NCBI GenBank assembly: GCA_051294375.1
Contig: CM119269.1
Coordinates: 4,026,502 to 4,090,501, forward strand
Length of the DNA: 64,000 nt
Source of the DNA: Paraspadella gotoi
Taxonomy: Eukaryota > Animalia > Chaetognatha
Direction: 5' to 3'
Shown: positions 38,464-51,682 of the stretch, in pieces
How positions within the stretch are numbered: the first letter of the stretch is position 1
Layout: each line of letters begins with the position of its first letter
Notes under the pieces: model-generated
Told to the model about the DNA's origin: nothing
What the model saw: the letters and a program-made list of their open reading frames with translations, nothing else
The model's database searches: none
Made by a program: the position numbers and the translations under genes

Positions 38464-39820
38464 AGAGGGAGAGACGAAAGCAGAGAGCAAAAGAATCAAT
38501 ATCATTTCCATTATCAATTATTTTATGGTCTTTTTGGTCCCGAAATTAATTTTTTCCATCCTGGACATCGAATAACACAGTGGGTTTAAGAGGAAAAAGC
38601 ACAGCGATTTTTACACTGAAAACGCTAATAACGAATGACATTTACGATGACGGATGCGAATTGCAAATGATATTGCAATTTGTTACGACGATCGGAATTT
38701 CCTTTTGTATTCTTGACTTTTAAACAAAGGAACAAAAATTAAATAAACAAGTAAAATTTAACATCCTTGCAAAAAAATGCCATCGATTCTTGGAAATTAA
38801 AACTTTTTCTTTTTCTTCTTTTTTTTTTCTTTAGAATTCTCTGTGCGAATCGGAGAGGGGGGGGGTTAAGCCCCACGTTTCTTTTTGCCGCCGACTAGGA
38901 GGGTCAGGCAATGTTCCTCGAGTGTCAGGGGTCGACGCGAAGCCAGAAGAACGAAATCGACCAATCAAGTTCCGACGAAAGAAGCCATTGCAGCCAATGG
39001 GCTTCCTTTACATTAGGTCATTGTTTTCATTTAACGCCGAGAAAAAAAGAAATTAATTGCAGATGTAAGGATTAAAGAAATTGCAGGATTTGATCGTCAT
39101 GACGACTGCGCAATTTTCTTTTGAGTTTAGCGGGATTTTTATCGAGATTTGGCGCCAGGAGGAGTATTATAGACTAAGCTCTGACGAAAAAAAGTCAAGC
39201 GTTTTTTAATATATTCTCTTTGACCGGCCAATGTAGAATGATGGCAATATTGCTATTTTAAGTTTCAAAAAAATCCCGACCATAATCCATAGAAAATATT
39301 AACCAATAATCTTCGGAAAATCCACCCCTTCTTTGGAAGATTTCGCCATATAAGATTTTTCCTTTCTCACCTCCCGAAATTTCACCCACAGAAATACTAC
39401 TTAATTCACTTTAAAATTATCGTATATATTAAAATAACCAAATGAAATGTAAAGAAAAATTTTTGAGAGCCTCTCACGACATATTTGCTATCGGATTCCT
39501 GAATTCGAAGTTTATTTGTAAAATGACAAACATACCTTAAATGCGTTGACCTTGTATTGAAGTTGAGAAATCCCTTTATTTTATGTTATAAAAAATTGCG
39601 TCAAAAAATATTTCCCGAGCGGACCAGGTACATTTGAATCGAATGGTTCGATGTCAAAAATGAATGGTTATTTGTCAAGAGAAAAAAAATGCGAGCCCTT
39701 CAGACCGTAACAGGATCGGAATCACTGTTTTTACATCATATTTTTTCCTCTGAATTTTCCGCAGGGGCGTTGACATTATTTGTGGTAGTCAGATTTTAAC
39801 GAAAATCTCCATTGAAAAAC
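35481..39820 (-). repeat. Block copy 3: four reverse-complemented pieces kept in forward order
   Basis: 35481-36142 = rc ~25680-26333; 36143-36560 = rc ~26340-26720; 36563-38345 = rc ~26710-28512; 38540-39820 = rc ~28520-29877. Confidence 0.9.
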
Positions 39821-40007
39821 AAAAAGGGTTTTTCCTTCTTTTTTATTTTTCCTCTTCGTGTCATTGACGAAATTTCTGTCGCCTAATCTCGGATCAATGT
39901 CGACAGGGAAAGGAAAATTGGAAAGAGACCCGAAATCCGAACAAACGCAATTAGTCGTCGTCATCGTCGTCGTTATCGTCGTCGTTATCGTCGTTGTCCA
40001 TCGTCCG

Positions 40008-40052
<45 letters not shown>

Positions 40053-40499
40053 ACATCATCGTCATCATCATCATTATCATCATCATCATCCTATGTAGTC
40101 GCTCTCGTCTCAGTCGTTCTTTCAGAACCGATCGGAATCCAACGTCATTGAATATTGCAAGTCGGCGCGAAAGTCACCACCAGCGTATTTATAATGAAAA
40201 GCTCCAGAAGATTTAAATGGTTGCATCAAAGGTTTTTAAGCAAAAGAAAATAATAAAAAACCGTCTAAAATATTTTCAGTGTTAGGTAATATTAATTCGG
40301 CAAGAAAGAATTCTGATTAGATATACATTCAAAGAAAAGCTTTTTTTTCCTTTTTTAACTTAATTTTTCTTCAACGTTTAAAAAATAACTTCTTCTATTC
40401 GCTGAAAATAGTGATCGAAAGGCAGCAACGTGGAAAGTTACCAACCTCAAAGGTTTCTTCATGAAAAATTCAGTGGAGACATTCTTGTGAGAGGTTGGG

Positions 40500-40975
40500 A
40501 GAAAATAAAAAGGAAATAGGGAAGGAAAAAAAGGAGGAAATCGAAAAAAGAAGAGAAAGAAGAGGGAAAAAAGAAAAAAGGAAATAGGGAAGAAACGACG
40601 TCAAAAAAAGGAGGAAATCGGAAAAAGAAGAGAAAAAAGAGGGAAAAAAGAAAAAAAAGAAAATAGAGAAGGAACGACCTAAAAAAGGAGGAATTCGAAA
40701 AAAGAAAAGAAAAAAAAAGGGAAAAAAGGAAATAGGGAAGGAACGACGTCAAAAAAAGGAGGAAATCGAAAAAAGAAAAGAAAAAAGAGGGAAAAAAGAA
40801 AAAAAGGAAATAGGGAAGGAACGACGTCAAAAAAGGAGGAAATAAAAAAAGAAGAGAAAAAAGAGGAAAAAAAAAGAAAGAGGGAGGGAAAGACGTCAAA
40901 AAAATGAGGAATTCGGAAAAAAAAGAAAAAAGAGGAAAAAAAAAAGAAAAAAGGAAAGGAACGACGTCAAAAAAT
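40500..40975. repeat. ~75-bp purine-rich tandem repeat, about six units
   Basis: AAATAGGGAAGGAACGACGTCAAAAAAGGAGGAAATCGAAAAAAGAAGAG... recurring. Confidence 0.85.
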
Positions 40976-41347
40976 AAATAGAAATTAATAAAAGCGAAGA
41001 AAAAATTATAAAAAGAATAAAAAGAAAAAAGGATAAGTCAAGCTGAAAATTCATTAATTTAATCCGCTGAAAAAGAAAATGACTAAAATTGGGCCAAGAG
41101 ACGATACATTGAATATTTCCTATCACATCCACAAGTTAACAAAACAAACTAGACTACTTTCCTCCGTCCTGACGAAATCCGTTAAAATCTCTGACCCGAA
41201 ATGAACTCGACAGAAGATAAGTTCTGCGTCTTTCTCTTCCTCGACTCGTTCTCGTCGAAAAAGTCCAAGAGGTCGCTCTCAACATCATCTTTCTCAAAAG
41301 TTGACCTCTTTTGACCCGAACTGACCTCACCTCCCACCAAACCTCAC

Positions 41348-41423
41348 CTTTGTCAAAAGGGTCCCCGTTTCTGCAGACCCGAAGCGAGATGGCGGCGCCG
41401 CGCGGAGATTCCGTCTGCGCCAT
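41348..41423 (-). CDS. DCDC2: DCDC2-like exon 1 (MAQTESPRGAAISLRVCRNGDPFDKG)
   Basis: RNGDP-F-x-x-G doublecortin start motif; |GTGAGG donor, phase 1. Confidence 0.8.
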
Positions 41424-42710
41424 ATTTGTTGTCGTTGTTGTTGTTTTGTTTTGTTTTTATTTTTGTATTTTGTTTACGGGATGTGGACCTTGATCGTAAC
41501 ACGAAAAGTCAAGTTAATTTTATTTTATTTGGTCTTAATGAACAAAGTTTCTTAATTCCTAATTATATTTCATCCTTTGCTCATTTTAATTAAATTCTAG
41601 ACTTTAAAACCTTCAACATTTATCCTTAAATAAAAACAAAACGTCAAAATCAAGGCATTGCCATGAATCTAGGTACCGGCAATTTGAAACACACCCTACT
41701 TCATTCGGGTGGGTGCGACTACCGGGATTTAACTCATTCTATTTCTCGAATGGTCCCGAACAGGATTAGACTTACCCAGGATTGAACTTACCCTACTTAT
41801 CGTTGGGAAAAGGACAAAGTTGAAATGATCGATTATGGCCGGGCAGAGGATGCAAGTTTTTTTAATCAGCGAATTAATGTCATTAATTGTTTTTGTTTTT
41901 TTTTGAAGAGAACATGAATTTTTTTTACATTTGTCGATGTAACATTTTACGATTACTTTTTTAGCTGTTGTGATTCCCGACAGTTTATTTTTTTTTAGAA
42001 ACAAAAAACTCCGCGCAATTTGTGAAGCGTTCGGAAAAAGATGAAAGGAAAAACAGTTTTTGTTGTCGTCAACGCGGAGGAAGAAACAAAATCGATGGAA
42101 AGAGGAATAAAAAAAAAAAAAAAAAATACTCGTCGCACAGAATAAATAAAGGCGAAACCGTAATGGATTTTTACCGGCTAAAGTCTGAGTCGGGATTCCC
42201 GGTTTTCTACGTGGAAAGGAGGTACGGCGGGGTGAAGCCTGGGGTGAAGATTGTGCGAGAGGTGTTGGAGGATGAACCGTTTGGGAGAGGGGATAGAGCG
42301 ATGGGGAAACAATTTTTCAATGGAGGAGAGGAAATGAGTTTTATAACTGCTTCTAACTGAGGAAAAAGGGATAAAATAAGAGGTTTTGGAGCCCGGATGT
42401 TGACGTGAATTTTTGAAGGAGCAAAGAAGGTTTGGAGAAAAGTGGAAAACCACAAAGTTAGAGGAGCGAGGTAAGAGCGGAACACCCGGATTTTGCTAGA
42501 TGTGAGGGGGGGGGCGAAGAGTAAAAATATCGAGAACGCGTTGCGTGGGCAACCGCGGAGGCGCTGGAAGGCGGATGTAATCCGAGCGACGAGTACAACC
42601 CGGATGTAGGAGTAAATCGAAGCGTTTTGAAAGAGATTTATTACAAACTGGACGTGGAGAGGAGAAGAAGAGAGAGAGAGAGGAGAGGAGAGAGAGAGAA
42701 GAGATGAGAG

Positions 42711-42745
<35 letters not shown>

Positions 42746-42867
42746 GGATGGAACGGAATCTCCAAAGTGAATCAGAGCGTGAAAAAAAAGTAGCTGGTGA
42801 GTTTGCGTGCACTCTTTCTTATTTGCGAGAATCAAGATGTCGGGAAAAAATAGGAGGATAAACTCAA

Positions 42868-42923
<56 letters not shown>

Positions 42924-44212
42924 CTTTCTCTTCTCTCTCTCTCTACTCTGAGAGAGAGAGAGAGTAAACGAAAGAAACCGACAATGACGATTTATTAAAG
43001 GGGGAGCATCGAAACGTCCGGCCCATGGTTGAATTCCAGAAATGACAAATACCAAAATGAGAAATGAGAGACGGAAATAATTATTAATTAACGATATGAG
43101 ATAAACGATTACGTGCGATGGCAAGTTCTACTTTTTTAATGTTAAAAGAAAGGTTTCGTAGTCAAAATTATAACACATATTTTTTGGTTGGGTGAAAGCT
43201 TTTGAATAAAAAGGCTTCTTCATAAATCTTTCGTCTAATTCGTCTAATTTGTTTATTTAAAACTAAGATTGATTATGCTGAAAATTAAGTGTTCCCGATC
43301 GCCTTTAATTTAAAAAGCTTTTAATTTAGTATGAAATGAAACGTAAAAAAATTTTCTTGATATAAAATACACATAAACCAAATGAAGATGAATCCAAAAA
43401 AAAGGTTAAAGAACGAAGATTATTACGAATTTTTAAAAAAATATAAAGAAGCATTCGTTTCTTAATAAAAAAAAAANNNNNNNNNNNNNNNNNNNNNNNN
43501 NGAAACGCCGCAGCAGAATCGAATCTCGACCCAAAAGGTCGAACAATAAACTTCTTCGCAATCTCAGCATTTTATATTACAATCTTCTTACAACAGAAAA
43601 AAAAAAAAAAAAAAAAACAAAAATAAAAAAAAAAAAAAACAAAAAAAAACAAAAAAAAAAAAAAACAAAACAAAAACAACAGGCACCGCGATTGGCGCCC
43701 TAAACCCAACTCTGACTCATGTCTGCTCTTTAAGTCCTATTCTTTCTCAAACACTCAAGCAGATAGGAATAAAACTAGACAAGTTTTTGTTTTTTTTTTA
43801 TTTTCTTTCTTTCTTTCTTTCTTTCTTTTTTTTCTTCTTTCTTCCTTCTTTATCTTTCTTTCTTTCTCTTTCTTTCTTATTTCTTTTTCTATCTTTCTTT
43901 CTTTTTTTTTCTACTAAAGGATATCAGCATACGAACTACGACACTTTTTTAAACAAAAGCAAAAAAAAAATTCTACAAAACCGAATGGGACGACTGACGA
44001 ATTCATTCTTTCCCCCTTTTTATTCCTTTATTCCTTTATATATTTCTTTCGCTTCGCTTGGAAACGAGAAAGATATATTATTTTCTCTGTCTTTCTGCAA
44101 AAGGAGGCCAATTCAATCACGATCGCTTAAATCTTCCCTCTCCTTATCGCGCCCTTCGATCCTCTCTCTTCATCTTCTCTCCTCTTCTCTCTCATCTCTC
44201 TCTCTCTCCTCT

Positions 44213-44264
<52 letters not shown>

Positions 44265-44491
44265 CCTCACAAACGTGTGCGCTTGCTCCCTGAGCGAATG
44301 TCTTGTGAATAAAGTCTTAACATACAAGCGCGCAGACGACTTTCAAGGTTAAATTCCCACGGGTTTACTAAATCTTGAACAAATAGTCACGCACAAATGG
44401 CGAAACAACGAAACGTCTTTCGACATGAATTAATAATGCTGATAATTTTCTCTTCTGTCTCTCGTCCTCTCTCTTCTTCTTTCTCGTCTCT

Positions 44492-44524
<33 letters not shown>

Positions 44525-44530
44525 CCCCAC

Positions 44531-44695
44531 CTGGTCAGATTCATCCACAGCACCGCTGGACCATGCTCGGCGGTGAAAGCAGCTTCCCTGAGCGCGCGGA
44601 TCAGAATCGGTCGGAGTCAGGGAGGTTGAAAGGTCGTTGAGCAAAAGATCGAAGTTCTTCGTCTGTTTGTTCGTTGTAGATGACGCCGATATGGC
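44531..44695 (-). CDS. DCDC2: DCDC2-like exon 2 (GHIGVIYNEQ..KNFDLLLNDLSTSL...RKLFTAEHG...MNLT), with read indels
   Basis: CTCTAG| phase 1, |GTGGGG phase 2; FDLLLNDLS matches DCX helix FDALLADLT; needs frameshift correction. Confidence 0.65.
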
Positions 44696-44699
44696 CTAG

Positions 44700-45245
44700 A
44701 GGGAGGAAGAGGGGCGAGGAACGAACAGGAGGAAGAGGGGAGGAAGAGACAGGTAGGAAGAGAGGGACAGGTAAGAAGAGGGGAGGAAGAGAGGAGAAGA
44801 GGAATAGGATTTGGGGAGGAAGAGGGGGAGGATAAGAGGAGGAAAGAGGAGGAGGATTTGGGGAGGAAGAGGGGAGGAAGAGAGGAGAAGAGGAGGAGGA
44901 AAAAGAGAGGAAGAAGGGGGAGGAATAGGTGAGGAAGAGGGGAGAAGAAGGGGAGGAAAGACGTGGAGGTAGGAATAAGGGGAGGAATAGGGTGAGGGAA
45001 GAGAGGGAGTAAGAAGAGGGGGAGGAAAGAGAGGACAAGAGGAAGAGGATCTTGGGGAGAGAAGAGGGGGAGGAAGAGAGACGAGCAAGAAGGAGGAAGC
45101 GAGGAAAAAAGAGAGGAATGAGGCGGGAGGAATAGGGTGCAGGAAGTCGGAGGGGAAGGAAGAAAGGGGAGGCAAGACGTGGGAGGTAGAGGGGAGGAAA
45201 GGTGAAGAGGAGATATGAGTAGTGAAGGGTACCATAAGGGGAAGG
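44700..45245. repeat. Degenerate polypurine (GGAGGAAGAG-type) tract
   Basis: ~550 bp almost only G/A on + strand. Confidence 0.8.
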
Positions 45246-45930
45246 GAAGGACAGACGGAGAAAAGGGTGGCGTGCGAGAAGAAGGAGAGAGAATTAGTAT
45301 ATATAGAAAGAAGAGAGCTAGACAGAGAGACGAGAGAGATGAGCAGAAGAGATAGGAAGAAAGCAGAAGATGCACGAGAAGAGAGAGAGAGAGAGAGAGA
45401 AAGCTACAACATATACAGTTAAATAAAACCCACCCACACACAGACAAAAAAGAGGTAAAAAAAAGTAAACCTCGAGGTCGGCTTGGCCCCCAGCCACGGC
45501 CTCGAGATTTCGTTCGATAAAAATTATGCGATCGCAAACAAACCAAATCGCCCTGAGACGACGGAGCAGAGAGGAGATGGAGAGAGAAGATGAGAGAAGA
45601 GAGAGACGACGTCTGAGCAGCAGGCAGAGTTCGAAAGAGAGAGACGAGAGAGGAAACGATAAGAGAGAAGACCGAGAAGAAGCAGAGAGAAGAAGAGACA
45701 CGAAGGAGACGAGAAGCAGCAGCGACGACGAGGAATCTCTCTCTCTCTTTCTCTCTCTTTTGCTCATTGTTTTGAGAAGAAAGCGCAGATCGAATCGACC
45801 AAAAGTGAAAATAATCTCGAATCTCGTTTATTTAAATTAAAACAGAAAAAAGCCGCGATTGGGCTTACAAATCTGACTTTGTTTTAGTTTTTTTCTCAAA
45901 ACTAAGAGAAGAAACGAGACAGTTTTTTTT

Positions 45931-45961
<31 letters not shown>

Positions 45962-46491
45962 CTTCTCTCGTCTCTCTCATCTCTCTCTCTCTTTCTCTCT
46001 CCTCCCAAAAGCCATTTTAAAATTCGTCACGAGTTGGTGAATTTCTCGTACGGAAGGCAAAACGATTCGTGAGAAATTGGACTTTCAAACATTCCGGCTT
46101 ATTTACCCCTTGGGTGTATTTACTTCCCTGGTTTGTTTACTTTTTCGCTTCACCTTTGAAGTGTAAACTAACTTCCTCATCTTTGACTAGAGTCCTGACT
46201 TCATAGTGGATAAAACCTTATAGGTGGAATCGTTAATTTGTCATAGTAATAATTTAAAATCTAAAATGTCAAATCTACCATTAAGAATTAATGCAGGGTC
46301 TCGATATAACATCCTTATACAATCTAAGCTTTTTTCCAATGGAATAACAAAGTAACACGTTTGTATTTTTGAGTTTTTCGGTTATTTTTAACATGTCGCA
46401 GTTTTGGTCTTTCATCAGTCAGTTCGGAGAAATTAGAACAGCCGCTTCTTGCATGAGCGACGCTGTGACTGACTTATTTTCTGCATAAGGA

Positions 46492-46607
<116 letters not shown>

Positions 46608-47086
46608 CTTAATCAAAGCGGACGGATTGAATTTCGTTTTAGCAGCTGATAAAAATAACGCGTGAAGTGGAAATAAAAAAAGCGAAATTCCATTAAATCT
46701 TTAGATGGAACTTTCCTCCTTTTTCGTTTGAACCATCGTCAGAACGACGCCTTTCTCTTGCGAGATCACGTGATCAATTTCTAATATCCTTTCTTAGAGG
46801 AGAGGAAATCGAAAAAAAGGGGAAAAGGTGAAATAAAAGAGAGAGAAAGGCCGAAAGCGATAATATGAGACGAAACGAGACGATGAACTCATACAATAAC
46901 ATTTTTTTTCTTATAAACTGATAAAAAATGATGATAGACCAATAAAGAATAATAATAGCCATAAAAAAATAATGACATCTTGACTGGAAAAGTAGAGAAA
47001 AAGATTGAAGCAAAGAAAACAAGGAACGGTTATTTCAAGGTCTTGCGCCGCATTACCTTTCTTTTTACTTATCATTAAAAACAAAA

Positions 47087-47299
47087 GGCGGCGCCAGTAG
47101 TCGCTTAGATTTGATTTTCAACAAATGAGCAACAATCTATAGGCAAGTTATAAGCGTTTTTAACGTAAGAGGGACAGACCGACGGTCAGACATACCAACG
47201 GACAAACGGACCGACGGACAGACCGACCAACCGATGGACCGACCGACCAAAAAGTGACTTATAGAGTTGCTCCGCGAGTACTCGCAGTACAACTAAAAA
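47087..47299 (+). mobile_element. DINE/HINE-like repeat, copy 2
   Basis: Same blocks as 8700-8888, longer GACC/GACG tract, ends TATAGAGTTGCTCCGCGAGTACTCGCAGTACAACTAAAAA. Confidence 0.65.
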
Positions 47300-47623
47300 T
47301 GATATAGTTTCTCTTGGGGAAGTTGGGAGTTCTTTGAAAGTTCAATCGAAAATGTTTTATTATGAGGGAAAACTCTTTCTTTCCAATTACCAAATATAAT
47401 CTGAATGAATAAATGAATAAAACGTTACAATAAATTTAAATAGAATATAAATAATTCCACTTTATCTTCTCTAATCTCTTCTAAACCATTTCCACGCCAA
47501 CATAAAAAAGCAAAAAGCAAAAAATGCTTTTCTCGACCTCAAACAATAAAAAAAAGCACTCGAGGAAAGAGTAAAGGAAGCTCCTTCGGTCTTGACGAGG
47601 AACATAAACGGCAAATGGGTAAG

Positions 47624-47667
<44 letters not shown>

Positions 47668-47933
47668 CGAGAGAGAGAGAGAGAGAGAGAGACATATTAC
47701 TTCTAAAGCCTCTCCTTTCACGACCCCAAAGCTTTCCTTTCCTCACTTGATCAGTGTTTACAACTTTTAAGATTGAAGAATCGTCACCAGCCAATAATCA
47801 ATAGGAAAAAGTAAAAGAAAAAAAAAACTAAAAAATAATTAGAAATAATTTTTCTAGATAGCATCTTCCAATCTTCCACGCCCCACCCCTTCCACCATCC
47901 ACTATCCACCCCCTATCCATCCCCTAACCCACC

Positions 47934-48128
47934 TTTCGATGCCTGGCGCTCGCCACCACGGTCGACTTGAACCGGAAGTTGATGAGATATTCTTCATTTC
48001 TCTTAGGGGGCGGGTGGGGGCGGTGGCGGGGGGCACGCCCCGCGTTTGGCCCCGCTGTCGTCATGTAGGGAAGCTTTTTAAATCGCTCCGGTCCTGCGGC
48101 CACGTAGGTTCTTCCGCTTTTGATGCTG
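47934..48128 (-). CDS. DCDC2: DCDC2-like exon 3 (SIKSGRTYVAAGPERFKKLPY...FKSTVVASARHRK), one probable 1-bp error
   Basis: CGTCAG| phase 2, |GTGGGT; matches DCDC2 IQSGGNYVAGGQEAFKKLNY and linker SRINVSARFRK. Confidence 0.8.
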
Positions 48129-48439
48129 ACGGTAAAACAAAGTTAACTTAAAAAAGTTTAAAAAGTTATTATTTTTTTAAATGATATTTTTATTGTTTTG
48201 GTCGTCGCGATATTTAGTAGTTATTTATGTAGTTATTATTCGAACAATTCATACTGAGACGAACTTTATACAATTTCTGAAAAGTTGAATTATTGAATTA
48301 TTTCGTAGGAATGGGTTTGACTTGCGAAAGAAATGGGTGAAAAAAGAATCGTAGGTTTGGCTCACCTCCCACGCCTCTCTCTCTCTCTCTCTCTCTCTCT
48401 CACTAAATTTATTCAATTCAAAGAACGCGAGTGGGTAAT

Positions 48440-48716
48440 TCAATCATTCGTCAATCCATTCATTCTTTCATTCATTCATTAACTCATCTATTCATCCTTT
48501 CATTCATTCAATTCATCATTCATTCATTCATTCATTATTCATTCATTCATCATTCATTCATTCATTCAATTCATTCATTCATTCATCATCCATCCATCCA
48601 TCTCATTTATTCATTCATTCTTTCACATCATTCATTCATTAATTAATTCGTCCATTCATTCATTCATTTATTCATTCATTCATGCCATTCATTCATTCTT
48701 TCATTAATTCATTCAT
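48440..48716. repeat. (TTCA)n degenerate microsatellite
   Basis: Repeated TTCA/ATTC units. Confidence 0.9.
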
Positions 48717-48723
48717 GCCTCAC

Positions 48724-48872
48724 CGGTGTTGAGAACGATCTTTGCTTGAGACTAAGTCTAGGACGTGATCCAATCCTATATCGAGTTGTCGTCGGTGAAG
48801 AGAAACTGTTGAGCGGCCAGAAGTTCGTTTCGCGTTTGTGAAGACGAAGATGCGAAAAGTCTCCGACGAAAC
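48724..48872 (-). CDS. DCDC2: DCDC2-like exon 4 (VSSETFRIFVFTN..LLAAQQFLFT.RQLDIGLDHVLDLVSSKIVLNTG)
   Basis: GTTTAG| / |GTGAGG; matches DCDC2 second domain TIFLIANGDL...WDHVLQMVTEKITLRSG; contains indels. Confidence 0.8.
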
Positions 48873-49374
48873 CTAAACGTTGATAGTTTTATTATTATTA
48901 TTGATATTAATATTATTATTAATTATTATTATTATTATTATTATTATTGGTGTTGTTGTGGTATTGTAGTGGTTGTTAGTGTAGTTTGTGTTGTTGTTAT
49001 TGTCGTGTGTATGTTGTTGTTTGGCGTCGTCTTCGTTTTTAATCACGGTAGATGTTCTCGTCGTTATCCTTGTTGTCGTAGTCGTCATCGTTGTTGTCTT
49101 GTTTTCGTTGTCAAGCGTCTTGCCAATGTCCGCCGGGTGATGATAAACAGAGACTCAAGAAAATTTCGGAAAATTGAAAACCGTCGCCATGACGACGAGT
49201 AATAAATATCAGACCTTAGTTCGTTTCTGGAAAAAAAAAAAGATGACGAAAGCGAGCAGTTTGAAAGTTAAAATCTTCTGCCTATTTTTCCAAACTCTCT
49301 CATAGTTTTCGACCCTTGCCTCTGGTTCTTAGTTTCTTTCTCTCTCTCTCCCTCTTCCTCTCTCTCTCTCTCTC

Positions 49375-49414
<40 letters not shown>

Positions 49415-49820
49415 ATCTTTCTTTCTTTCCTTTCTTTCTTTCTTTCTTTCTTTCTTTATCTTATCTTTCTTTCTTTCTTTCTTATCCTTTCTTTCTCTCT
49501 CTCTCTTACTCCAAACAGATTCGATGAACTCACTTCCACGATTCCGTAGGGACTTACGAGAATTCCGATTTATGCCAAGTTTTCCCCGAACCATCTTCCA
49601 GAAAGACTTGCTCTACCAACCGATAACTTTCTTTACTTCAGTTGCTTTAATACTTACCTTATTATGATTTAGAAAACCGCATCACGGCAGAACGCGAAAA
49701 TTATTCAGGATCAACAACAATGACCAAAAAATAATAGTAATAAAACTATTAATAATTAACGAATATCCCCCACGATTTGAAAGGACCTTCCTCTTTCCAC
49801 GACTCCTTTACCCCGCTCAC

Positions 49821-49985
49821 CCCTGTGCTCCGATCTTGGACTCGTGTTCCAAACGCCCTGCATGATCCCGTACTGGACTTTCTTGAATTTCTCTCCTCCG
49901 CCGGCGACGTAGTATTCCCCCTTACAGAGTTCATAGACATCGGTTACTTGGCCGCCGTCCATTCGGTACAGTTTCTTGACCGCGC
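49821..49985 (-). CDS. DCDC2: DCDC2-like exon 5 (GAVKKLYRMDGGQVTDVYELCKGEYYVAGGGEKFKKVQYG...)
   Basis: TCCCAG| phase 1, |GTGAGC; continues exon 4 exactly; matches GAVHRLYTLEG...ELENGQFYVAVGRDKFKKLPY. Confidence 0.88.
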
Positions 49986-50097
49986 CTGGGAATTGATTGA
50001 TTGACTGATTGATTGATTGGTGTGCTTTGATTTGTAACATTTTTCAGTCATTAATCTTCTTTATTTAATACTCTCTCATCTCTCTCTCTCTCTTCCA

Positions 50098-50172
<75 letters not shown>

Positions 50173-51566
50173 CTCTCTCTCTCATCTCAACAGTCCGTGG
50201 TGAATCGTGACAAATTTTATCTTTTCCATCTTCGAAGGCGTCACTTCCGATCCAATAAATGAAAGTCGTTTGGACTTCACCTTTCTCCTTCAACCTTATT
50301 GGATGAACTTACCCATAACTCACTCATCAGCCTCATCAAATATTCGATGGCATTCATCGAACCAAAAACCTCATTGCTCCAATTGATCATCTCTTTATTT
50401 CTTTTTTTTTTTAATTTTTTTTTCTTTTTTTGCATTGGCTGCAGCCTCGTACCAAAAATCCTTACCGTCGCCATTGCCCCTCTATTTTGATGCTCAATTA
50501 CTTTCTTTTTTTTTTTCGTTAACTTTTTTCTCCCTAGTTTTAATGTCTTTTCTTTGCTTCGCGTTAACATTGTTTCTCGTTCTTTGCTGCTACACGCATA
50601 GACAACGGACTGAAAACATTTATTAATGCGCGGAATGTTACATTCTCAGCGCGAGAAAATTGTAAAGATAATTAATCAAATTGGGAAAGCGATTTTTTTA
50701 AAAAATTTCTTTGTTTCTCCCAAGGCAAAGGGAAGGCAGGCAAAGGAGAGGAAATCAATCGAAACTTTACAACGGGTTGAAAAGCTGCGTAGCTGCAGCC
50801 ACGGCCTCCGCCGCCTCCGCCTCCGCCTCCGCCCCGACCCGCCACCCGGCGGTACTACTCCTTCCACCTCTCCCGGAATTTCCAAGAGGCTTTTAGTCTC
50901 AGGGCTTTTGCCTTTCAATTTACCAAATCTTATTTCCTTAAAGTTTTTCCTCGCCCTTTGTTCGCTCTCTAGTTAACAGTAACATACATTTATTTTCTTT
51001 TTTTGGGGGCAAATTTCCTATTTAATATTTTACTTAGTTTCACATTTAATACTTTTCCGTTCTTACTTTTTTCCCGTTCCTTATAGTTAAGTAATTTCAT
51101 TATTTTATAATGAATTATAATGGAATATAATTCTATTTAAACTTTAAATACTTTACTTACTTGCTTAGTTAAACATTTAGTTTTATCTCGATTTATTCTT
51201 TTTATCGCCTCTGACTCTTAACGATTCCGCGTTTTAATTATTCCGATCTGCGGAGGAAAAAGAAAAAAAAAAAGGGGATAAAAAGGAAGGATAAAAATAG
51301 AAAGGCTGAAATTATCTCAAGCGAACCTCCCTATTCTTTTTAGGCAAGTTTTCTTTTTTCCCTCTAACCAGCTTTGCTTTACATATTTTCGTCCCTTTTC
51401 TATCTAAACTCTCGGATGCGTTAGGGGACCAAAATCAGTACGCAAAATCAGTGACCAGCTCGCGCTTATTCTTTTAAGAGTTTTCTCCTTTCTTTCTCTT
51501 TTACTCTCACTGTTTTCTTTTTAGACGTGAAAAAAGGACCTTTTTACGACTTTTTCTTTCCTTTTT

Positions 51567-51658
<92 letters not shown>

Positions 51659-51682
51659 TTTCTTTTTCTTTCTTTCCCTCAC

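Noticed and set aside
40500-40975. CRISPR-like repeat-spacer look
   Set aside because: Eukaryotic context, spacers are not unique, no cas genes; simple minisatellite.
41154-41340. Read-through of DCDC2 exon 1 ORF or a third DCX domain (TYLLSSSFRVRDFNGF)
   Set aside because: Exon 1 has a strong donor and joins 44695 in phase; the five exons already account for exactly two domains; no convincing acceptor.
43502-43800. Apparent repeat of 45775-45960
   Set aside because: Insertion-riddled raw-read duplicate beside a 25-N gap.
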